A stretch of DNA of 64,000 nt. It comes from the human T2T-CHM13v2.0 reference genome, Homo sapiens. The DNA lies in NCBI RefSeq assembly GCF_009914755.1, contig NC_060929.1. One strand, written 5' to 3'. Positions 25,271 through 38,159 of this stretch are shown here, in pieces. Each line of letters begins with the position of its first letter. Position 1 is the first letter of the stretch. A program made the translations under genes and the position numbers. Below the pieces are notes generated by a model, which saw only the letters and a list, made by a program, of their open reading frames with translations, searched no databases and was not told the DNA's origin.

Positions 25271-25637
25271 GAGTCATTGGTCATAGGAGGCCTTGTGGGT
25301 GACAGCAAAATGGAATAAGTTAAGTGAGAAATGGCAGAGGCGACTAGATGAGGAATCAGAGCACCTTTGGCCTCAACATGTTATTTGCTGGTTATGGGAC
25401 CTTGGGCAACTTTCTTACCCTCTCTGGGTAGCTGATCTTCAAGGTCAAGTGAAGAAAGAAAAAATGAACTAGAAAACTTCTGAGGCATTAGGCAAGTCTA
25501 TCCATTTGTCTCAGTTGGATAGTAATGCAAGGAGAGGCAGAAGCAACAACATACCACACTGATTCTTTGGCAGCCTGAGAGAGAAGTTTGCTTCCCAAAA
25601 GTACCATGAGAAACCGTTCCCTGTTTCTTCCAAATGA

Positions 25638-25705
25638 ACACACCCAGGATCAATACTTTGTGTCTTTTAATCCAATCAAGTTGACACTCAGTATTAACCA
25701 TCACA
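25638..25705 (-). mobile_element. MLT2A 3' LTR remnant (first 68 bp) of HERV-L
   Basis: The minus strand reads TGTGATGGTTAATACTGAGTGTCAACTTGATTGG, directly after the purine tract AAGGGGTGGACT. Direct repeat of 27185-27252. Confidence 0.9.
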
Positions 25706-27085
25706 AGTCCACCCCTTGTCAATTTGAACCCACACACATCTCCTGAGATCATACATAATCTTCAAATAAAGACAATAATAAGATCATAATTATGGCTAAC
25801 AGAATACAACTATCCTTCATACAATCAGAAACGCACCGATCCCCAACCCAAATACTATTACATAAAGTTAACAATACTCAAATGCTGACATGAAGTCAAC
25901 AAATATTAAGTCACATGATAAAGGAAAAGGAAATAAAGTGAAGATATTTTCTTAGTACAAATGTATATATGCACAAACATGTTTTTAACAAAAGAAGGAG
26001 GAAATACTCATGACAATTACAGTTCTCATTTCTGCAGCTGGTTATGTGGTTGTAGCTGGTATTAATAACTACCTTCTTCTACTACCCATTCTGTATTCCC
26101 TTTGCCTTCAGCAAGCACCTCAGCAGGTCATGGTTTTTTTCCTGGTGGAGGGACCCAAACCTTCATTCCTGAAGGGTCTGGGCCATTTGTAGTCCTGCCT
26201 GGATTGAGCTGTTGTAGTTTCCCATTGACCTTAATCACAGGGCATGGTAATACTAATAGATGCCCTAATGGATCTCCTGTATTCCATGCATACTCTTCCT
26301 TACCTCTGTTGTGGAGTAGACTGATTTCATCCTGATAGTCTAAGTCGATCACCACAGCCAACACTGTAACTCCCTTCTTAGCCTGTTGACTTAAAGGTAG
26401 GAGGAGCCAAAGGTGTCCAGGTGGTAATCCTAACTTGCAGTTTAATGGAATCGTTGTTGTGTCTCCTGGTGGCAGCCTTCCTCCCTCTGGATCTAAGACC
26501 TCTAGGCCAGCAGAATGTAATGCTGTGGAAACAGGAAGCAAAATTTTGCTAGTGGATCACTAGAGGTGATGGTGAGTGGTGGCACTTCCACTTCTACCCT
26601 TTAATTCCTGGACCCGTGAATCCTGGCTATGGGAGAAACAGTACCATATATTGGACACTGATTCAGAGCACACATAGCCTTCTGGATAACTTAGGCCCAG
26701 CCCTGCAAACTATTGTCACCTAGTTGGTGTTGTAATTGTGACTTCAAAAGGCCATTACACCGTTCTATCAATCCAGCTGCTTCAGGATGATGGGGAACAT
26801 GGTAAGACCAGTGAATTCCATGAGCATGAGCCCACAGTCACACTTCTTTAGTCATAAAGTGAGTGCCTTGGTCATTTTGTGAGTCCACAGATAGTAATCT
26901 TGGCAGAAGCATTGCATACATGATAGGCAATCCCATATCTGGAGTAAGTGTCTATTCCAGTGAGGACAAACCTCTGCCCTTTCCATGATGGAAGAGGTCC
27001 AATATAATAAACCTGCCACCAGGTAGTTGGCTGATCACCCCGAGGAATGGTGTCATATTGAGGGCTCAGTGTTGGTCTCTGCTGC
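25706..27085 (-). mobile_element. HERV-L internal sequence (integrase, dUTPase, 3' region)
   Basis: Integrase-like peptide CQQQRPTLSPQY...WWQVYYIGPLPSWKGQRFVLTGIDTYS, followed by a dUTPase-like frame. Confidence 0.9.
26128..26541 (-). pseudogene. HERV-L dUTPase-region reading frame (137 codons, no ATG start)
   Basis: LPPGDTTTIPLN...LPPGH...GVTVLAVVIDLDYQDEISLLHN; the last segment resembles the dUTPase GVID.DY.GEI motif. It lies 3' of integrase, as in ERV-L. Confidence 0.8.
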
Positions 27086-27252
27086 TGGCAACTGATTAGA
27101 TCGTGCCCACCCAAATTAAGGGTGGGTCTGCCTTTCCCAGCCCACTGACTCAAGTGTTAATCTCCTTTGGCAATATCCTCACAGACACACCCAGGATCAA
27201 TACTTTGTACCCTTCAGTCCAATCAAGTTGACACACAGTATTAACCATCACA
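27086..27252 (-). mobile_element. MLT2A 5' LTR (first ~165 bp)
   Basis: The minus strand reads TGTGATGGTTAATACTGTGTGTCAACTTGATTGG...GGGCACGATCTAATCAGTTGCCAGC and then enters integrase. Confidence 0.9.
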
Positions 27253-27889
27253 GATGGCAACCTGTAGGAGCTGCAAGGTGGTTATTTTAGTCACCCTGCT
27301 GAAGATGAGGAAGACATGAAACTCAACCAAGGCAGAGAGAGGGGGGCTGTACTGGAAGTAACATTAAATGTACCTTTCCTCAGAGCCTTGGTAGAGGCTG
27401 GCTAACCTGAGACACCAAGCCATGCTGATCAGGCCTTAATAAGGGCCCACTCCCTGGCCTCACAAAAGTTTTGATGCTAAGAGTGGATTTTCAGAAATGA
27501 TGAAAACAGCAGCAGATAAGCCTTGGATGTGGGCACAACATAACTTTCATCTTTGTGTCCTTTTCCTGAAATCCAGACTGCCAGCCTCCCAGCCTTTGCA
27601 CCTGGAAGCAGACAATAGATGTTTGTTTCTAGTATTGTTGTTTTCTCATATTCATCAATATCTATCTTATAGAAGGTTACCAAGGCAGAAATGCATGTGC
27701 CACTTTGTTGTATCTAAGTGATTTCTCATTTTATTTGTCTTTTATGTGTAAATCCAATTAGGGAGAATAGGAAATAGTCCCATTAACTTACTGAACATAG
27801 TGTAAAAATAACCTTTTCTGATGTCTTGGAGTTCAGGACAGTGGTCCCAAAGTCTGAGGACAATAAACTAGGTGCCAAATATGCCCATA

Positions 27890-28620
27890 TCTTAAAGGGA
27901 GCTGTTGGATCATCTACACAAGACGTGCTGAGTGGCTATAAGGCCAAATCTACCCTCATCATGGCATCCAACAGCCACTTCCAGGCTATCAGTCAGAAGG
28001 TAAAGCATTCCTTGGAGGCCAAAGAGCACATAGGGAGGGCGGTTCTGCTGAGAGCTGTCGATCTGCTGCACATGTTCCTCCTCCATGCAGTAACAGACGA
28101 GTTCTTCCTGCATACTTTGAGCCAGGTGGGAGGGGGCTCCCAGACAACATCTCACAGAGCCTGGACAGCTGCCTCTTGGTGTTTAAGGAACACTGGGACT
28201 GAAACCTGATTCCTACCTGGGTAATCTAGAGGTTGTGGGGTGTGGTGTTCTTGCCAGGGGACACAGTGGTGGGAGGTGACCACAATGGAAACAGCAGCAC
28301 TTCCAGAATCATATGGGCCAAGGATGCATGTGTCTTTCCCATAGACCAGCTGTGAAATTAGAGGGCTGAGGGCAGTGGGGGTTTAATCACCCATAAACTT
28401 GCCCCATGTAGTAAAAATCAACCTCCAACACCTGCCATGTCCAAAGGCACCGGCCTTGGAATGCATAGGCAGCAGTCAGGTTCACCTCAGCCTGCCCACC
28501 GCCTTCCTCTCCGCCCTGGTCCTGGGCCAGCCCACCTAGGGGCCAACAGCAAGGCAAAGCAAGATGAACCCCCACCCACACGCCCACATACTCTGCAGGC
28601 TTCCCAAACTAAAGTAGGCC
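27890..28620 (+). pseudogene. Possible decayed processed-pseudogene fragment, parent gene not recognised
   Basis: Not a recognisable repeat. By hand count, 48 of 69 codons at 27922-28128 end in G/C. The antisense frame is also open, stops follow downstream, and there are no strong splice signals. Confidence 0.4.
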
Positions 28621-28629
28621 CCAGCTGGG

Positions 28630-28819
28630 TGTAGTGAGTTAAATGGTGCCTGCCCAACACACGTGTTCACACCCTGCCCCCCAGAACCTACCTATGTGAC
28701 CTTTTCGGAAAAAGGATTTCAGACTTCTCCCCTCCAGAACTGTGAGAGAATACATTTCAGTTGCTTTAAGCCAGCCCATTTGTGGTCATTGGTGATGGCA
28801 GCCATTAGACACTAATACA
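28630..28819 (+). mobile_element. MLT1C-like solo LTR with a large internal deletion
   Basis: Both termini are present (TGTAGTGAGTTAAATGGTG...CACTAATACA). Near-TSD CTGGG/CTGAG; only about 190 bp long. Confidence 0.75.
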
Positions 28820-29194
28820 CTGAGGAAAGAGAGGGTGCTCTAAACCAGGTACTGTATAGAGTTTAGATAGCACATTGGATTTCACCTGCAATCATCTAAG
28901 CTTTTCTGGAAAAGTAATGGGTGTTGCCTGAGATCCTCTCTGGAGGTAGGAAATGCACTATTCAAGTTTCCCGAGGAGGGCAGGAATGAATCAAGTTGCT
29001 TTTTCTCATATCCAGTCAAGTTGTGCTTATTTCATAAACTGGTTTCATTTACTCCAAGGAATGAGTCCCGGGGTGCCCGGCGCTGTTCCTTCTCACTGCC
29101 CTTGCTGTCTCTGTGCGGTTAGCTTGGCCAATAGCCCGGAAACTACAGCCATGACTCCACCAGGTCACTGGTGAGTGTTCCTGACCCACGGTGC

Positions 29195-29400
29195 AGGGCA
29201 GTGATTCTAAGCACAGGTTTGGGATGTCGGTGTGCCAACCCCAGCTCCACCCCACTGCTAAAGCTTAAGCTCTCCCCTCCCCCGTTAAGCTGTATGACCT
29301 TGAGTTCTTTGTGCCTCACTGTCCTCATCTGTCAAGTGAAAATGCTCCCAGTCCCCACCTCCGGGAGTTGCGTGGGAGGCACACATGAACACCAGGAAAG
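29195..29400 (+). mobile_element. MIR SINE
   Basis: gctgtatgaccttgag...tgtgcctcactgtcctcatctgtcaagtg. Confidence 0.65.
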
Positions 29401-30395
29401 TGAGTTTATGCAGCCCGGGCCAGGGACTCCGGTCTCTGCCTCTGCCCTAATCCCCACGGCCTGGGGGAACGTGCAGGGCTGAGGAAGCGCAGCCTCTCCT
29501 TGGAATCTCAGCGGAAGCTCCTGAGGCCACCGTCCCCCACCCCTCCACAGACTCCCTAAGAGAAGCCCCCCTCTCGGCCCTCAGTTCAAGCAGCTCAGAC
29601 AAGAGGTAGGGCATCTTGTGCTTAACTTCCCATCACTCTGCTTAGAGAAAATAAAATCTGTTTCCTTACAACTAAGAATAGCCGCCCTGTGTGGGAGGGA
29701 GGGGAAGAGTCTGCTGGCATATTGCAAATAGGCCTTCTGAGTTGTGCGAGGTGTCCCGTAGATGCAGAGAGCATGGGGTGCCCTTGGCTCAAGTGAGTTT
29801 ACAGAAAAGACAGGGAGCGTCCCGGCAGTGCAGTGCAGAGACAACACGGGCCGCGCTATACTGTATCAGGCTGAGAGAGGCTCTGTGACCACGGCTGAAG
29901 CGGCCACATCCTGCCATGAGGCATCCTACCTAGTCAAGGAAACAAAAAAGTCCTGATCTGGGTCTCTTCTTTCCCAGAGGATGTTGATCCTGGGCGTGTC
30001 GGGTCATTGTGTCTGACGCACTTCTTTTGGCTGGGAATCACCAAATTTCCAAAATCCATGACTCCAACCTTGACCAGCTTTGTTAACAAGCGGGTGTTTC
30101 CTTCTGACAGCATCCCCACTCCCAGCCACCAGCCTGCCTGGTGTTCCTTTGGGGTCCCCAGGTGGGAGGCGTGCACCCAGCGTTTGCATCCTCTCCTCTG
30201 CTTGTGGAGTTTTGGGGAAAGAAGCTGGTCCTACAGAGGCCCTTCCGGGTCTCCTTCCCCATCTAGAGTTTGCACTTTGGAGCATTAATTTAGCCACAGG
30301 GTCCTCATCATATGCCGGAAGGGCTGCCCAGAGGAAAAAGAAGGGGTTTGCGCGGCACCCTGCCATAGTGTTCAGCTGGCAGAGGGGAGTGATTC

Positions 30396-30840
30396 TGTTT
30401 GGCAATGCCATGGGGTACCACCCAGCTGGCCCCTTCAGGACTTTATTCTCTTTACTCCAACTACAGGGAGTGTTGGCTACTGATAGCTCAGAGTTGAGTC
30501 CTGCTTCAGGAATTGCCTTCTTCTGAAGGACATGGTCTTGCTTAAGCCTATGCTGTCTTCTGAGGGCAGCCTGCATGCAAAGACTGTTTGATGAGGGGTA
30601 CAAAGCCCCATCCCCCTTGCCTCAGTTGAGACATCTCTGCAGGGACATTCCAGCTCTAGAGCTCCCTGTAGGACCAACTGAGGCCTCTGTTCCAACCGCA
30701 TCACAGCTCAGCTTCTCCTTTTGCCCAATTCAGCCCCACTCACTCTCTAGCAGGATTTATTCCCAAAGCACTCCCCAGTGAACCTGTGTGCCAAGTTCAG
30801 CATCTCAGAGTCTATTTCTTAGAGACTACAACCTGCCCCA
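30396..30840 (+). mobile_element. LTR16A-like ERVL solo LTR
   Basis: cccttcaggact...ccagctctagagctccctgtagg...catctcagagtctatttc. Confidence 0.7.
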
Positions 30841-31449
30841 GTGTGGCTACCTGGAGCCTCATTAAACCTCTTTCTGCAGCCAAGTTTCATTCAAGTGAGG
30901 ATGAAGTATGTCCTACTAGCTGCACCAGAAGGATCTTTTTCTACTTCTGGGCCCGCAAGACTTTAGCAGGGCTGATTTGCGGGGCTGGATCACCTGCTTG
31001 GTGCAACGTACAGGCGAGTCCCTTCTGATTGATCTGTATCAGTGGTGTGACTTGGCATCATTCCTGTTTCTTAATGCTTAAGCCTCATTCTTTATGATGG
31101 GCTGAGGCCTGTAGGGGCAGCTTCCTGAATTCCCATCACAAATCTGGAGAGCTCAGTCCAGCTATTGTGGTGTCTGAAACGAAGTGCAGAGTCCTGCAAA
31201 GTTCACATTCCAAAGTTCCAAGTGTGCTCCAAGATCCAGTCCTACATCCTCAAGGGTTTATATGGAGCCATTCCACCTCCACACCCCACTCTTTTCCCAG
31301 ACCCATCTCACCTTCCAGCCAGCTGTGAGACCCTGGACACATCATCTTCCTCACTAAGCCTCAGTTTCTTCATTTGCAAAATAGTGCTAATGAAGAACAC
31401 TCTGTTTCTAAGCACTTTTCAGAATCAACTCATGCAATACCACTGAAGG

Positions 31450-31870
31450 CTGGAATTCTCTTGAACAACCTGGCTAGCCAGCTACTGATTGACTGCTCTC
31501 CTGGACCTTAGCATCTCCTAAGGCCTCCCAGTTTATTGTTGGAAGCTCTAGTTCTTAGGACGTTCTTTCTTGCAACAAACTGGAATTTGCTTCCCTGTAC
31601 TTCCTACTACTGGCCCTAGTTCTGCCTTCGGAGCTGTCTAGCAAATACATTAAAGCTTTGTTCTATATGGAAATCCATCAAATATCTCTTCCCCTACCCA
31701 CCACTAAATACTAGGTTTCTCTTCTCAGAGTAGCTTCCCCCAGTCCCTTTTTCACATGAGTTCCAGATTTCCCATCACCCTAGTTGTTTTCCTCTGGGAA
31801 ATTTCCAGCTTCCTCTTTAAATGCAGGACCTACAATGGAACACAATACTCAAGATGTTCTCTGGATAATA
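31450..31870 (-). mobile_element. L3/CR1 LINE fragment
   Basis: ctggccctagttctgccttc...ctttaaatgcaggacc...gaacacaatactcaagatg. Related pieces lie at about 33255-33460 and 34140-34370. Confidence 0.55.
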
Positions 31871-32004
31871 ATTTCATTCACGCGTTTGGAATAAAATTCA
31901 ACCTACAGCAATTTTATTTACATGCATCTTTTCAGGAAGACATGTTTTATATGAAGTATATCATACCTACCCAAAGTTAGTGATTTTCTTAGACTCATAA
32001 AGTT

Positions 32005-32542
32005 TGATTGAGTTAGCAAGCACCTGGCTGCAGGGACAACTAACATGCCTAAATAACAGCGGCTTAAGAAATGAAGATCTTTAATTATCTCACAAAATGA
32101 AATGTCTAATCAGAGATTGGTGATCCAGGTTTGATGAGGGGCTCATCACAGAGACTGGCTTTGGTCTACACAGTGGTAAGATGGCTGCTGGACTTATAAG
32201 TGGCATATTTTTACATAATCAATTAAAGGCAACAAAAAGAAGGAGGCCTCCTTGCTCTCCCTCCTTTTATCAGGGAGAAAAATTAATTTCCGAGAAGGCT
32301 TAGAAATTAACCCAGCTGAATTCCTCACATAACTTATCGGCCATAACTGGCCACACGCCTGCCACTAAACCAATCAGTGGTGAACAGAATTAAAATCATG
32401 TACTTGACTAAGACCAATTAGGGTGTATCCTGCCCTCACTGCACCCCATCCCTGACTGGAGATAGGCCCTTATTTCCTGAACATGCTACCTAAACAGGAA
32501 GGGACTATGGCTGTGGGCAGACACACAACAATATCTGCCATA
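32005..32542 (-). mobile_element. Old MaLR LTR (MLT1J/K-like)
   Basis: aacagcggcttaag...aagatggctgctg...ctaaaccaatcagtgg...caatatctgccata. Confidence 0.6.
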
Positions 32543-32671
32543 ATGCATTAGAATGCAAAGTCACTTTTAAGTTTACGTAGCCTAACCACCTTTCCAATGA
32601 TCAAGTTCCAATGTTCTACTTAAATAAATGAGGACACTATTTTTCAAGAGACTATTAAAAAGTAGATTTTT

Positions 32672-33180
<509 letters not shown>

Positions 33181-33816
33181 TAATTTAACTCTAATATTTT
33201 CTCTATGTTTCTCAGGCCATCTAGAATAAGTGGACTTTCTCTTTCAAAAGTAGTGGCCAGTCCCATTACTGAAAAGCCTTTCCTCCAGGTTGAAACATGC
33301 CCAATCCTTTTTCCAGCCTTCATTATACGGTTTTGAGACCTTGCCCAATATTAGCCATTCTCCTGCAAATGTCCTCCAGTTTTTCTTTCTGGTGCCCACC
33401 GAATTCCTGTCTCCAGTATGGTTTGACCAGTGTGATATAGAACCTATCACTTCCCTTGTCTTAAGTTAATCTAACTTTAATTACAAAAATTATATATATT
33501 CACTGTAAAAATATTTTTTAAATTCTAATGAGCTTTTAAAGAGTTTATCCTCCATCAAATACCTTCTTTGCCCATCTACCCTGTCTACCTGTATCTTCTA
33601 TTTCATTCTCAACTTCTCATCCATGTTATATCTCCTCAAACCCCACCGTTTAAAGTCAATGCAAGACAGTGTATGTGTTTCCAGAAAGAGTGTTAACCCT
33701 AGCTTTCGGAAACCTTCTACAAGACTAGTGGATTTGTATATCTAATTTTTTTCTCCCTTTGACAATTTTAGAATTGCTTTCCCTATTTTAGATATTTTTC
33801 TATTAATGCAGCCTGA

Positions 33817-34133
<317 letters not shown>

Positions 34134-34570
34134 CACACTGGCTTTTAAGGCACCACATTTTTTAATCTCCTGCTCCACCTCCCCCCGTCACTTCACTTGA
34201 TTCAGTTTGAGCTTATCACGGACAAGTTTTGATGTGTGCTGCTACTTAACTGAGTCTCCTACTTCTTGTAGAGTTTATTCAGTTGGCTCTTTGGGCCAAG
34301 TATGGGGCATTTAATTTATGCCTACAACATTTCATCTTCTTGCATTTGACCCATTGCTAACAAAAAGATCTGCTGCCTCCTCCTTCTGCCTTACTGAGAG
34401 GAGTAGAACTGTCAGGCATGGGTACCCATAGGTAGCTTTATCCTCACCTGTTGGGTAGTAACCATTAACTAGGCCTGGAAGCAGAACCACCTACAGTGCA
34501 ATTCCAGATAGCACCGTTCACATTATAGCCTGTGTAAATAGTGCCCTTTGTGGTCTGCCTGGAAGATGGG

Positions 34571-34630
34571 ATGTATGTGTGTGTGTGAGTGCATGCACAT
34601 GTGCACACACATGCCCACACACACACACAC
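34571..34630. repeat. (TG)n...(CA)n alternating purine-pyrimidine tract
   Basis: atgtatgtgtgtgtgtgagtgcatgcacatgtgcacacacatgcccacacacacacacac. Confidence 0.9.
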
Positions 34631-34920
34631 CCTTACACTTCCATTCTTTTTGTTATGGAGATTTATTGAAAAGGGAAAAGTACACACTCAATAAAAGGGA
34701 GTGTGGGTGTACTCAAGAGAGAGACATGCCGTATACCTCTACTCTGTCTGTTGGAAGATGACCTTAAATATCTCACATCAGGTCCTTGATCACTCTGGCC
34801 AGAAGTGCTCTTTTTCTTCCTCTGAAGCTGTGAAACTGCTGTTTGTTCTTCAGTTAAGGCAGTCCTAATTGTAGTCACTCTTGCCTTTGTCTTTCAGTAT
34901 TGGAACCTCTTTGAGGCCAG

Positions 34921-35303
34921 GTATCTTAGTCAGGTCAGGTTGCCATAACAAATGACTATCTGTTGTTTAAGTCTGGGTGGCTTAAACAACAAATATTTAT
35001 CTCTCACAGTTCTGGAAGCTGGAGAGTCCAAGATCAAGGCACCATCAGAGTCACGGTAGGTAAAAGCCCGCTTCTTAGTTTGCAGAAACCTGTCTTCATG
35101 TTGTATCCTCACAGGGCAGAGAGCAAAGAGGAAAATCCCATGTTTCTGCCTCTTTTTATAAGGACAGAAATCCCATTAATGAGGGTTCCACTGTCATGAC
35201 CTACTGACCTCCCCAGGAAAGCCCCAACTTCAACTACTATCACATTGTGCGTGAGGCTTCAGGATATGAGTTTGGGTGGAACATAAGCATTCAGTCCACA
35301 GCA
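34921..35303 (-). mobile_element. MLT1A/MST-type MaLR LTR
   Basis: tcttagtc...gccataacaaa...ctcacagttctggaagctgg...cattcagtccacagca. Confidence 0.8.
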
Positions 35304-35313
35304 ACGGGGTTAG

Positions 35314-35668
<355 letters not shown>

Positions 35669-36701
35669 AGGATGCCTTTCCTGTAGTTGGCTCTCAGAAC
35701 AAGGAAGACGTAGGTCTGAGCAGCCTGGTAGTGGTGTTTCAAATCTCATAGCTTGATGATTTCAGCACCCTTTAGGATTTATTCAAAGTAGAGTTAAATT
35801 CCAAGCCCACAAACAGTGGGAAGAGAGGAAGGGCGGTAGATGGTAAAAAAGGCTAACAGTTGCTGGTTCCTCCCAGTGTGTCTCTGAGGACACTTCTTTT
35901 CCCCATGGGATGATTAATACAAGGGTGTATATTCAGAAAACTTTTTCTGAAGGTTTAATGCAACCAGGGTGGGGAGTTACATCATAGTCTCACATAGCCA
36001 ACTTTAAATGGAATATCAGCCGTGCCTCTTCTTAAAAGACCCATGGCCAAGCCCACCAACCAGGGACATCTCAGGGTAGCCTCTCTGAATAGCATCTGGG
36101 CCTCTCTCATCACACTGTGCTCCTTCTTCCCTGCCCCTTGGCAACATCTAAGCAGAATTTCTTATTCTCAGTCATGCCAAAAAATTCAGCAACCTCCAGC
36201 CTCTTCCTAAACCTAAACTTCAGCACATAACTGTGCTGTCAGTGAAATACTTTGCTGACCAGGCCATTTGATCCAGGACTCCACCCCAAAGCATCACAGC
36301 AGACGTTTGAAATTATAGTTCTTTCTTTTTCATAGACCAGTTCGAATTCCTAGGCTGGGATGACCTCTCTAGCTCTCCCTTCTTCTCCACACAAAAAAGA
36401 GGCAAAAGGAAGTGCACATTTCCACTTCACAGACTTATTGGTTGATTAATGAAGATGGGCTTTTCAAGCAGTCTGCCTTCTGGGATTGATTTCACTTTAC
36501 CAAGAGATAATGGCCCATGGGACCCTCTCACTCTTTCTTAATCTGAGTGGGCTGGTTTTCCATGAGGTTTAATCAGAGAAAAAGGAAATGAGCTCATGCA
36601 AAGCTAAACCCCCCTAAAGCCTCAGATTCTTATGTTTTTGAGTCATCTGTGCAATACTTCCCTTCACTTCACTGGAAAGCAGAGAACAGAGAGAAAGAAG
36701 G

Positions 36702-37136
36702 TGTATTGATTTCCCAGGGCTGCCGTTACAAACTATTGCAGACTGGGTGGCTCAAAACAACAGAAATTTATTTTCTTACAGATCCAGAGGCCAGAGACCC
36801 AAACCAAGATGTCAGCAAGGTTGATTCCTTCTGGGGGCTCTGAAGGAGAATCTGCTGCATGCCTTTCTCCACTGCCTGGTGGTTTGCTGGCTGTCCATGG
36901 CATTCCTGGGCTTGTAGATCCCTCATTCCAATCTCTGCCCTTGTCTTCACATGCCCTTCTCCCCTGTGTGTCTGCGTTCAAATTTCCTTCTTATAAGGAC
37001 ACATGCGAGATTGGTCAAGTGTGACCTCATCTTAACCAATTACATTGTCAAAGACCCTATTTCCAAATAGAGTCTGTTTCCATTCTGAGGTTCTGGGTAG
37101 ACGTAAATTTTCAGGTATACTATTCAACCCGCCACA
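36702..37136 (-). mobile_element. MLT1C-like MaLR LTR
   Basis: tgtattgatttcccagggctgcc...aagaccctatttccaaata...tattcaacccgccaca. Confidence 0.85.
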
Positions 37137-37241
37137 GACAAGAAATGGTGTGTCTGCACAATTGGGCGGCTGCAGAAGTCTTCTCTTCTTTCTTACCTGC
37201 CAGTGCTCATCCTAAACATGCATTTAAAAAGCAATAGAGCA

Positions 37242-37611
<370 letters not shown>

Positions 37612-38159
37612 TCACGGCATCTGTGTGCACAACTCAGCCCTGCCTCTCACCTATGTGAGGTTTTACTCCTCTTTTGCTTCTATCTCCCCATCTACAAAAT
37701 AGGGATAAAGAGAGTCCCAACTTCAAAGTCTTGTTGTGAATATTATGTATATTAATCAGTGTGGAGTGCTTGGAACAGTTCCCGGCACATAATTTGTGCT
37801 CAATAAATGTTACCAGCTGCCTATATTTTCTGAGTACCTTTTTTTGCAGGAGCCATTGGAGGTACTAGGGATATGAAACAATTAACCAAAACTTTTGCCC
37901 CAAAGGTTGAATAGTGCAGACTTTAACAAGGTAAGTGGCAATATAAATGTGTACATGCAAATACTAAGTGACAGGTGGCTCTTCTGGTTATTGTGTGCCG
38001 GTAAATTGGGAAGAAAGACAGCCTGTATATTGGCAGCCTGTGGCATCCCCACTTCTTGGAGCATAATTCATTGAACCTCTTTCTACAAGGAGCAATGCTC
38101 TTTAGGTCTTGACTGGGACAAACAACATATAACATTTGTACACAACTTAGCAAGTGCTT

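Noticed and set aside
30004-30603. Longest ORF in the track (199 aa, minus strand)
   Set aside because: It starts inside an LTR16A-like element, has no recognisable domain, and overlaps other ORFs on both strands in GC-rich DNA, which is consistent with chance.
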